Part shown: positions 38,944 to 46,862 of the stretch, piece after piece
How the letters are laid out: each line of letters begins with the position of its first letter
Numbering within the stretch: the first letter of the stretch is position 1
NCBI GenBank assembly: GCA_964388535.1
Contig: CAYMBA010000001.1
Location: forward strand, 15,602 to 65,191
Source of the DNA: an uncultured bacterium
Lineage (GTDB): Bacteria > Eisenbacteria > RBG-16-71-46 > CAIMUX01 > WJJG01
Length of the DNA: 49,590 nt
Direction of reading: 5' to 3'
Position numbers and translations under genes: made by a program
The notes under the pieces: generated by a model
Database searches by the model: none
Told to the model about the DNA's origin: nothing
The model's input: only the letters and a program-made list of their open reading frames with translations

Positions 38944-41475
38944 TCAACTCGTATGAACAGCCGCACCGGAGCGATCGCGAAGCCCGAACTTGTCTAACAA
39001 TCTATAGGCGTGAGGGCGGCTGATCCCAAGAACTCGCGCTGCGGCACCGACACTACCCCGACACACCCGAAGTGCCAACTCCATCTCCGCGGGCTTCACA
39101 GGTCCCTCCGAACCGCGACGTCGAGCCGTACCTCCTCTGCCAGCGACAACGAGGAACTTGGCCAGCGCAACTTCAAGGCCATGGCGCTTCCACCAGGAGA
39201 CAGCCCGGCCCACCTCAAAAAGAAGCTCCCTAACGTTCCCTGGCCATTCACGCAGCGATATGAGGTCGACAATGTCACGAGATATGAAAGCCCCGGAGGA
39301 AGAGGGCTCTCCCCCACTCTTCTCCCAGAGATGCTGGATAAGCAGATCGAGGTCACATATCCGCTCCCTGAGAGAAGGGAGACGAATCGTCGCCCCGGCC
39401 AACCTATGGTACAAGTCTTCCCTGAAACGGCCCTCGCGCACGAAACCTTCCAAGTCCCGATTGGTTGCTGCCACAACACGTACATCCACCCGCTTTGCCT
39501 TCACTGAACCCAGGCGCTTCACCTCCCCCTTGTCGAGGAACCTCAGCAACAACCCCTGCTCTTTCTCACCGAGGTCGGCGATCTCATCAAGGAAGATCGT
39601 GCCCCCGTCTGCTGCTTCCAGACATCCCTTCCGATCTTGCTTGGCATCGGTGAAAGCCCCCTTCCTGACCCCGTGCAGCTCCGCCGCAAATACTGGGCCC
39701 CGCGCCGAGGCACAATTGATGGACAAGAAAAGGCCATGCCGACGGCTCAGCAGGTGCAGGCCCTCCGCGATCAACTCCTTGCCCGCCCCCGAGGGACCCA
39801 ATACCAGCACTGGAATTCTCTCCTCTGCCACCTCCTCGACCTCACGAAGGGCCGCCAGCGCGTCCGGATCTCTTGTCCTAAACCCGAGCCGCCACCAGAC
39901 ATCCGCGGGGGTCCACAGTCGTGCAAGCCGCGTCTCACGAGCGAAGCCTACACGCACGTCCACCAACTGCTCCAAACCAGTGGAGGCCGCGGAAGCCTCG
40001 GGTGATGCTCCAGGATAAGGCGACAAGAAACGGGCTGCGGCGCCTTCCCCAACCCGCTCCTCCAACCATCCCAACGGTCCCACAGCCGGGTTTTCAACCC
40101 AGAACACAAGGGCTTCTGACGCATGACTGCCACGAGTCCACTTCCGGGGCGGATCGTCCACTCCCACGCCTGAGCAGCAGGCGTACTCCAAGGATTCCTT
40201 CCACGCACACACAAGTGCCCGCTCGAGAACTTCACCGACCTCCTCAAGGCAGGAGCTGGCCTCCTGGAATCTTCGGTACGCCTCTGGGCAACGTCCCAAG
40301 TGAGCCAGTGCCGTTCCGGCGACCCGAAGCAGACTGCCTACCTCCCACGTCAACCCCAAGCGTTCTGCCCTCTCGAGCGCCGCAGTAGCCACCCCTAGAG
40401 CGTCCGTGTAGCGTTCTTCCAAGACCAACAGGGTGGCATCCTTCAGAGCCACTTCAATGCTGAGGTCGGCGTGAGACTCCAAGACGCCCCCGAAGTCACG
40501 CCTCATTGTCTCCAGAACCTCTCGCGCTTCCCGAGAACGCCCGTCCAAGATCAATGCCTCCACTAGGTACTCCAGGGCGGTTGCCTCCTCAAGTGACAGA
40601 CCGAGGCCCCTAAGCAAGCGGACAGCCTCCCGCAGCTTGGCGATCCCGGACTCCGGATCACCAGCCCTCGACTCTGCCCACCCGAGGCCCATCAACGCCT
40701 TGGCAACCGTCGTGTCGGACACGCTAGCAAAGCTGCCTCGGACACCCTCGAATGCTTCGATCGCACCCTTCAAGTGGCCAGATGCAGCCAGATGAAAGCC
40801 CCGACTTAGGGCGACTCTTGAAGCACTGGTGAAGTCACCCACTTGCCTGTACAAAGCTTCGGCCTCTGACAGAGCAGCCCACGCAATGGCCATGCTGCGA
40901 GTGCCTAGCGCCGCCATAGCCAGAGCCACGGAAGCGTCTGCTCTCAACGCAAGCAAACCCAGGGCCCTTGCTCTCTCTGCCATTCGGGCAGCGAGAGGCT
41001 TCGCATCCTCGGCACTGCCCTGACGCACCAAACACTTGACGGCTGCTAGCCCCGAGAATATCGCAACCCAGTCATCGCCTGTGCCCAGGCCGTCAAAGCC
41101 GGCATCACGCAACAGCGTCAGGCCCTCCCCCGGATCTCCGTCTTCAGCCAACCACGAAGCCAGAACGGATGCCCTCAGTAGTGAGTCCCTCGGGCTCAAC
41201 CCCTCCGGATCTTCCTCACGTAGCCTGGACACAACATCTCTCGCAGCTGCGGGACCAACCAAGTGAGCCGTGGCCACGCCCAGCAGGCACAGTCCCTGCA
41301 AGCGGTCCGATCGCCCCCATAGCGCCATACTGTCTACTTCCGCCTCCAGTACACGTTTCACCTCTTCCCAGGCCCCCAACTCAGCGTAAGCCCACGCCTC
41401 CACTATAGACCCAGATGCCAGCTCGCGTTGCCGGACCCCAGTGGGCTCCACAGGCCTTTTCCGTACCTTCGCCAT
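38944..41475 (-). CDS. Sigma54-dependent transcriptional activator (bEBP) with large N-terminal TPR-like domain
   Basis: Walker A GPSGAGKE, INCA, GAFTDA, Walker B IFLDEI, ATNRDL, FREDLYHRL, WPGNVREL, Fis-type HTH AARVLGISR. About 430 aa of helical repeats at the N-terminus; no receiver domain. Confidence 0.92.
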   Translation of the reverse strand: MAKVRKRPVEPTGVRQRELASGSIVEAWAYAELGAWEEVKRVLEAEVDSMALWGRSDRLQGLCLLGVATAHLVGPAAARDVVSRLREEDPEGLSPRDSLLRASVLASWLAEDGDPGEGLTLLRDAGFDGLGTGDDWVAIFSGLAAVKCLVRQGSAEDAKPLAARMAERARALGLLALRADASVALAMAALGTRSMAIAWAALSEAEALYRQVGDFTSASRVALSRGFHLAASGHLKGAIEAFEGVRGSFASVSDTTVAKALMGLGWAESRAGDPESGIAKLREAVRLLRGLGLSLEEATALEYLVEALILDGRSREAREVLETMRRDFGGVLESHADLSIEVALKDATLLVLEERYTDALGVATAALERAERLGLTWEVGSLLRVAGTALAHLGRCPEAYRRFQEASSCLEEVGEVLERALVCAWKESLEYACCSGVGVDDPPRKWTRGSHASEALVFWVENPAVGPLGWLEERVGEGAAARFLSPYPGASPEASAASTGLEQLVDVRVGFARETRLARLWTPADVWWRLGFRTRDPDALAALREVEEVAEERIPVLVLGPSGAGKELIAEGLHLLSRRHGLFLSINCASARGPVFAAELHGVRKGAFTDAKQDRKGCLEAADGGTIFLDEIADLGEKEQGLLLRFLDKGEVKRLGSVKAKRVDVRVVAATNRDLEGFVREGRFREDLYHRLAGATIRLPSLRERICDLDLLIQHLWEKSGGEPSSSGAFISRDIVDLISLREWPGNVRELLFEVGRAVSWWKRHGLEVALAKFLVVAGRGGTARRRGSEGPVKPAEMELALRVCRGSVGAAARVLGISRPHAYRLLDKFGLRDRSGAAVHTS

Positions 41476-41541
41476 TCCACAACCTCCGCTGCAGCGTTCT
41501 CTCTCACCAAACCAAGTCCTGTTGCACCGACACGCCGGGTT

Positions 41542-41820
41542 CTACTCACCGGTCTTTTCACAGTGCTCCAATCTCGGCAGCTGCCGGGCTCCAGCATCTT
41601 CTCTCAAACCCTTCGTGCACCTCCAACTTCGCCACAGAACGTTCTGGACGCCCCCATCAACCCCGTTCCTGTAAGGGAAGTCGTCCGGGATTCGAATCTC
41701 CGCCATTGCTGGCTTCCTCTGTGCAAAGGCAAGGGCGTCACCCGGCAGCACCGCCAGAAGGCCAAGCGCCCCTATGATTCCCAGTGCTAAACTCAGCAAC
41801 CTTCCTAGGTCTCTCTGCAT
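41542..41820 (-). CDS. Small putative secreted protein (92 aa)
   Basis: MQRDLGRLLSLALGIIGALGLLAVLPGDALAFA signal-like N-terminus; G-rich RBS; fills the gap between two co-oriented genes. Confidence 0.5.
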   Translation of the reverse strand: MQRDLGRLLSLALGIIGALGLLAVLPGDALAFAQRKPAMAEIRIPDDFPYRNGVDGGVQNVLWRSWRCTKGLREDAGARQLPRLEHCEKTGE

Positions 41821-41851
41821 TTGCCCACCCCCATTGACTTCGGTCCAATCC

Positions 41852-43111
41852 CTACCGTGGATATTCTCCAATCTCCGCAAGCCTATATGCCGCTACTGCA
41901 ACAGGGCCCTCGTAGCGTGTTGACGCAGGGTCTTCGATCCCTGCAAGGGATCCCTTTGCCGCGTCAAAGCCCTCTAGCACGACCAGGATACTCTCCGCAG
42001 GCTGAACGACCTCGTCAAACATGGGGTCAACCCGCCCTAGCAATACCGCCTGCCATAGAAACCGTCCGTCAACCGAAAGCACATCAAGCACGCCTGCCAC
42101 GGAATCTGGCAATCCAAACCACCCAGAACTGGAACCGACCCAAATCCGCTCCCCAAACACTGCCAAGGTATAAACATCCGGTCGGTACTCCGAGACCCGA
42201 GCTTCCACCGTGCCTTCGAACTCCCGCATCAGATTCGCACGCGCAACCTCCATCTCCAGCTCCGTCCTCCGCACATGTTCATGCTCGATTCGGATAACTC
42301 GCTCAGTTCCCCCTCCGAACGAGTAAACATCAATGCGGTACTCTAGGTGTTGAGGGCAGAAGAACACCTGCTTCCCTGCCGCGTCCACGAGGGGTCTTAG
42401 CCCATCTCTTACCTCATCTCGCCGTATGGCCCCCCGGACGAATACGAATTCATTGCTCCAGTGCTCGGCGACTAGTCTCCCAGTCCAATCAAAACTCCTG
42501 CAGAAATGACCAGCGGAAATCCTTACGTTGTTTCCTTCTCGCCTCCATCGGGCGTACCAACCAATTCCTACAACGCCGTCGTCGGTACTGGCGCACCCAG
42601 CTAGCCCCATCATCTCTTGGCTCCCGCTTTCCAGTGTCACGGTCCGACCCGGCGACCCGTCCAGCGGGACTATGGCAACTGAAGCACGTCCGAAGACGAT
42701 TCCGATCGAATCCGAAGACGCCCAAAACAAGTCGAGAGGTTCGCGGAACTCCCCAGGTCCTTCTCCACCGTGGCCCAAACGGCCAACAAGGTTCCCGCGA
42801 CGGTCGAGCACGTGGACACAATCATACGCGTAATCAAGAAGGTAGTATCTCCCCGCGGAATCGACGAGAACGTCCTGGACTAGCCCAAAGGGAACTTCTC
42901 CACCCGAGTCGGGCCATTCCCAGCGCCACGCCGGCAGCAAGCGGTAATAACGACGGCTAGGTTCTCGAGGAGGTGTAACGTAGACGTACTCGACACTGTC
43001 AGCTCCCTTGCTTCGCGCCGTCCGGCCGCTCTGATCTGGCGGTCCGCAAGCGAGAGACAGGAGCAATGGCAAAGCCAGTAGGTCGAGCAGCCTCCACCGC
43101 AACAGGATCAC
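41852..43111 (-). CDS. 6-bladed beta-propeller lipoprotein (NHL/TolB-like)
   Basis: Lipobox SLAC, DVLVDSAGRYYLLD, GHGGEGPGEF, repeated D-x-x-G turns. Start either GTG 43111 or TTG 43189. Confidence 0.8.
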   Translation of the reverse strand: MILLRWRLLDLLALPLLLSLACGPPDQSGRTARSKGADSVEYVYVTPPREPSRRYYRLLPAWRWEWPDSGGEVPFGLVQDVLVDSAGRYYLLDYAYDCVHVLDRRGNLVGRLGHGGEGPGEFREPLDLFWASSDSIGIVFGRASVAIVPLDGSPGRTVTLESGSQEMMGLAGCASTDDGVVGIGWYARWRREGNNVRISAGHFCRSFDWTGRLVAEHWSNEFVFVRGAIRRDEVRDGLRPLVDAAGKQVFFCPQHLEYRIDVYSFGGGTERVIRIEHEHVRRTELEMEVARANLMREFEGTVEARVSEYRPDVYTLAVFGERIWVGSSSGWFGLPDSVAGVLDVLSVDGRFLWQAVLLGRVDPMFDEVVQPAESILVVLEGFDAAKGSLAGIEDPASTRYEGPVAVAAYRLAEIGEYPR

Positions 43112-43234
43112 GGGACAGCCCGGAGCACCAGGATTGAGTAGCTTCCCCACGAGCCGTCTCCGAGGGTGGCGCAGACCTTTGGTCCGCAAACAGGGATTGG
43201 CTGCGATCCATGTACCGCTTCCGCGTCGACTGTA

Positions 43235-43263
43235 AATCTACCGCCCGTGCACGAACGTGTCAA
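43235..43263 (-). promoter_or_regulatory. Sigma70 promoter for the propeller / small protein / bEBP operon
   Basis: Minus strand TTGACA, 17-nt spacer, TAGATT. Confidence 0.65.
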
Positions 43264-43555
43264 GACCTGACTCGCTAGCTGAGGAGCTTTGGGCCCTCCG
43301 GTCGCGGCCTTTGGTTGGCCAGCTCAAGCCTGGAGCAGACGCCCATCATTTCCGCATCTCACACGTGATCCCACCCTAGTGTCTCCCCGAAGATCGCCGG
43401 GCCTTCGAAGAGACATCACTCGTGCGCATTCCTGCCGCTTCTATCGGAAACCCAACACCCGAGAGCACCGCCGAGCTGACACAGAGTGTTGGAAAAGCCT
43501 CATATTCCAAGAGGACAACGCATTCGTCCGCTCCGCTCTGCCCGACTCCCGAGGC

Positions 43556-43572
43556 TTGGCACAGTTCTTGCA
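43556..43572 (+). promoter_or_regulatory. Sigma54 (-24/-12) promoter
   Basis: TTGGCACAGTTCTTGCA has exact GG-N10-GC spacing and matches TGGCAC-N5-TTGCW; 65 nt upstream of the peptide ATG; a bEBP gene lies in the same locus. Confidence 0.88.
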
Positions 43573-43636
43573 ATTGCCGCCATACGGACTCAGTACGATT
43601 CAGGATCCACCCACTAACCTCAAGGAGGTAGTCGTC

Positions 43637-43921
43637 ATGGCAAAGTTTTCGCGATCACTTTTCGTAAGGTTGCTCCCAGCGGTGCTAGCCTTCTCTGTTC
43701 TGACAGGGACCGTGCTCTTTGCGCATCCGCCCAAGGCCAGCGCAGCCCAGCAGGTCGTCGTTATCTTCAAACCCTGCTGCCAGGCCACCTGTGAGGGCGG
43801 AAGCTGCACCTGCTTCGGGGCGCCCTGTGAATGTTCTTGCGTATTGGGAATGCCCCGATGCATCTGCGGGGGAAGCTTGTACATCTCAGAGAACATTGAC
43901 TGGTGCGCACCCTCTCGGTAG
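43637..43921 (+). CDS. Secreted cysteine-rich peptide precursor (94 aa, 11 Cys)
   Basis: RBS AAGGAGGT (43622-43629); Sec signal ending ASA; mature part AQQVVVIFKPCCQATCEGGSCTCFGAPCECSCVLGMPRCICGGSLYISENIDWCAPSR. Confidence 0.88.
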   Translation: MAKFSRSLFVRLLPAVLAFSVLTGTVLFAHPPKASAAQQVVVIFKPCCQATCEGGSCTCFGAPCECSCVLGMPRCICGGSLYISENIDWCAPSR

Positions 43922-43923
43922 GC

Positions 43924-43958
43924 GGAGTCGGGAGAGGGCAACGCCCCTCTCCCGCTCC
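43924..43958 (+). other. GC-rich RNA hairpin directly after the peptide gene, no U-tract
   Basis: CGGGAGAGGG-caacgc-CCCTCTCCCG, extended by GGAG/CTCC. Confidence 0.65.
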
Positions 43959-43990
43959 CCCACATCCCTCTGTGAGGAGGAAGTAGCACA

Positions 43991-45178
43991 ATGCTGCGGG
44001 GCGTCGCACGCCTATCTCGCATTGTTCTTATCTACCGCCGCAAGTTCGTACGACCCCATGGCTGGCGCACAGTCTGGTGCTTCCTAGTGAGCGCTCTTCT
44101 AAGCGCTGCCTTCGCCGCAGAGACATTCAGCACTGCCCCACAGCATAGCGACCACCAAGTTCCACTCGAAGTACTCCACGTCCCTGCTGCCGGAATCATT
44201 GATCTCGCCCCAATTGGCGGACAGGTCGTCTCAGCAGCGCTTTCGCCTGAATGCTTGTCACTGTACCTTCTTGACCGTTCCGCCTCTCGCTTACTGTCCA
44301 TTCCCCTTCACCACGGCGGACCTTCTGGTGAAGTAGAAACCATCGCTCACCTCCAGTGCGAGAATCCTACTTGCGTCGCTGTTGGGAGCTCCGGGCGCGT
44401 CTACGTCGCAGATCCCGGACGCCAACTGGTCTTGGTGATTGACCCCGCGAGTGGCCGCGTCGGCACAGTTCCTGCTCCTGGCCTGGCCGGCCCAGCCAGG
44501 CGGATAGACGTGTTGGGCGATACGCTGTTTGTACCCGCCCATCCGGCCACAGACGCGACGCTGGTGAGGTACTATGTAGGCTCCGATTTGCACCCCGTCA
44601 GAATAGATAGCCTCCTCCTCGAGCCAAGCGAAATACCAGGGTTGATGCTATCAGTAAGGGCCACTCTTACCCGCGCGTGTGTGACGCGTCTTGCCTATGG
44701 GGGGAGGAACGTCTTGGCGGTAGCGCTCCAAGCGGTTCCGCGAGTCTACATAGTAGATGAAAACGAAAACGAACTATGGGGTTTCACACTGAGGACCCCC
44801 GAAATACGGCGCGTGCGGAGTCACTTTCACAGGCTCCGATCCCTTGACACCCCAGGCTGGGCAAGGCGGTGCTCGATGCAGTTCGAATGGGACGAGATTA
44901 TCGAAGATATGATCGCGGCTAGCACGCCTACAACGACATCTCTAGCTGTGTATGTAATGGGAATGGTAACATCCCACAAACACCTCTTCCTTCTCATGGA
45001 CGGGGTTCTCTCAGAGCTCACACCCCGCGGAAAGCTTGTGCGCCGGTTTGTTCCGGTCAGCCCCGACGGGGACACACTGACGTTGCATGGAATTGCGCAG
45101 GGCTGTGGGGGCCTGTGCGCGGGAGTAGCTCGGCACGAGAACTGTGCTGTCGTGTTCTCGCTCCCAGACCCGAGGTGA
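43991..45178 (+). CDS. Exported beta-propeller (NHL/SMP-30-like) protein
   Basis: RBS GAGGAGG; hydrophobic signal segment; LYLLD, PTCVAVGSSGRVYVADPG, IDVLGDTLFV blades. Confidence 0.7.
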   Translation: MLRGVARLSRIVLIYRRKFVRPHGWRTVWCFLVSALLSAAFAAETFSTAPQHSDHQVPLEVLHVPAAGIIDLAPIGGQVVSAALSPECLSLYLLDRSASRLLSIPLHHGGPSGEVETIAHLQCENPTCVAVGSSGRVYVADPGRQLVLVIDPASGRVGTVPAPGLAGPARRIDVLGDTLFVPAHPATDATLVRYYVGSDLHPVRIDSLLLEPSEIPGLMLSVRATLTRACVTRLAYGGRNVLAVALQAVPRVYIVDENENELWGFTLRTPEIRRVRSHFHRLRSLDTPGWARRCSMQFEWDEIIEDMIAASTPTTTSLAVYVMGMVTSHKHLFLLMDGVLSELTPRGKLVRRFVPVSPDGDTLTLHGIAQGCGGLCAGVARHENCAVVFSLPDPR

Positions 45179-45280
45179 TTCTTCTGCTGCAGAGCAAGGA
45201 CCAAAGGTGCGCCTCACAGCCGTTCGTGGAACCGATACTCCCGACGCATCGGGCCCCGTGACGCGACCAAACGCGGCGCA

Positions 45281-45309
45281 TTGACAGCGCAGCGCATAGC
45301 AGTTAGGGT
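45281..45309 (+). promoter_or_regulatory. Putative sigma70 promoter for the permease operon
   Basis: TTGACA, 17-nt spacer, TAGGGT. Confidence 0.55.
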
Positions 45310-45455
45310 TCCAACAGTCAGTTCGAAGGACGTGGCACTCCATATACGCCAATACATGTCGTGCTTCTGGACTGGCTTGCATGTTGCTCAGCCTCACCCG
45401 GATTGCAGTCGACGGTGAGGAATGCGATCGCCCGACGAAGGGGCGGTGTCCACAG

Positions 45456-46862
45456 ATGATCGGCTACCTGGCAGCCCGCGAGATCCGCTCTCTGGTCCTC
45501 TCCTGGAGGGCCATCGTCCTGGTTGCGGGGATGATCCTGCTGGCGGTGGCAGTGACTCTTTCTTCCAGTGCACGCTATTCCGACGCCACCCTCTCTGCCC
45601 GTGCATCGACCCGCCAGCACGCAACCTGGCTGCGCAAGGCACGCGCCTACATCGAGATGATCCCGGCTATCGAAGTCGAACCCAACCCGCTGCAAGGACT
45701 CTCGGGCAGCGGATACAGGCCCCTGGCCACTACGGTCGTCATCCCGGGCTGGTACGCCCCAGTTTCTCTAATCTCGGGCCGGGAGGCCACCAACCCCTTT
45801 CTCGATGCACTCGCCGATCTGGACCTGGCCCGGGTGATCAGTCTTCTGGCAACGCTGCTCGTCGTCTTCCTCGGGTTCGATGCGATCACGGGGCCCAGGG
45901 AACGGGGGGTGTTGAAGTCCGTAATGGCCCTTGGAGCCACCCCCAGGCAGATCCTGCTCTCGAAGTACCTGGCATGCGCGGTCGTAGCCGGCATCGCAGC
46001 AGCGGTGGCGCACCTGGTCTGGTACGTCGGCATGCTCCTGGCAGGGCACTCCGAGCTCGCCTCGGCCCCTGCCATTGGGGCCGTGGTGGCCCACCTGGTC
46101 CTCTCTCTCTTGCTCGTTTCGGTCTTCGCCGCAGGCACGATCGCTGTCTCCTCGCTTAGCAGCAGTTCCGGCCAGTCGCTGCTCACCCTCATTCTCCTGT
46201 GGATGCTGGCTGCGGCGGTCGCCCCTGACCTCACATCGCAGGTCGCCCGGTTGCTCAGACCCGACCCGCCCCCGCAGGCAGCCGCCGCCGGAACGTTCAC
46301 CCCTGGGCGTGTTCCGGGCGAAACGGCCGAACCGCCGACATCCGAGTACGCAGCCATGAGCGTCTGCATGCTGCCGCCGCTCAGGGACTACGGTGACGAG
46401 TTCGTAGCCGGCTTGTACGACGAACAGCGGATCAACAGGCTGCTCGAGCAGTGCACGCTGAACTATCTCCTTGGGTTGATCAGCCCCGTGGGCTGTTTCC
46501 TGGCGTCATCGGCAAAGATCACGGGCCTGGATCCGATCGCACACGTGGCGCTCCTTAGAGAGTGCCTTCACTACCAGCAGACACTGAAGGAGTGGCAGGA
46601 AAGCAAGGTTCGCGCGGCTCCGCACAGAAGCAGGGTCGTCATCTCCTCCGACCCACCGCTGGATACGCGGGGCTTTCCTTTCATCTCCAGGGGGCGGGTG
46701 CTGGAGCGGGACCTCACGGAAGCAGGTCTCTCGGGAATCCGCATGCCGTGGCTCGGTCTGGCCGCCCTCCTGCTGTGGAACCTCGCCATGCTGGCGCTGC
46801 TGCTGGCTCCCGCAGTGCGGCCGGGAATCGGCGGAGCCGTACACATCCTGAGGAGCAGCTGA
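45456..46862 (+). CDS. ABC-2 type transporter permease subunit
   Basis: N-terminal AAREIR, periplasmic loop, LGFDAITGPRERGVLK, ILLSKY, SSGQSLL, ISP motif, C-terminal TM. Confidence 0.85.
   Translation: MIGYLAAREIRSLVLSWRAIVLVAGMILLAVAVTLSSSARYSDATLSARASTRQHATWLRKARAYIEMIPAIEVEPNPLQGLSGSGYRPLATTVVIPGWYAPVSLISGREATNPFLDALADLDLARVISLLATLLVVFLGFDAITGPRERGVLKSVMALGATPRQILLSKYLACAVVAGIAAAVAHLVWYVGMLLAGHSELASAPAIGAVVAHLVLSLLLVSVFAAGTIAVSSLSSSSGQSLLTLILLWMLAAAVAPDLTSQVARLLRPDPPPQAAAAGTFTPGRVPGETAEPPTSEYAAMSVCMLPPLRDYGDEFVAGLYDEQRINRLLEQCTLNYLLGLISPVGCFLASSAKITGLDPIAHVALLRECLHYQQTLKEWQESKVRAAPHRSRVVISSDPPLDTRGFPFISRGRVLERDLTEAGLSGIRMPWLGLAALLLWNLAMLALLLAPAVRPGIGGAVHILRSS

Noticed and set aside
41680-41705. 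GGGATTCGAATCTCC resembling a tRNA T-arm or att site
   Set aside because: Imperfect stem, no cloverleaf, and inside the small ORF
43289-43636. N-terminal 116-aa extension of the Cys-rich peptide ORF
   Set aside because: Covers the sigma54 promoter and RBS; the true start is ATG 43637
43637-43921. Classical RiPP assignment (lanthipeptide, ranthipeptide, bufferin)
   Set aside because: Sec signal rather than a double-Gly leader, and no modifying enzyme genes in the window; enzymes encoded elsewhere cannot be excluded
45333-45349. TGGCAC as a second sigma54 promoter before the permeases
   Set aside because: No GC at the required GG-N10-GC spacing
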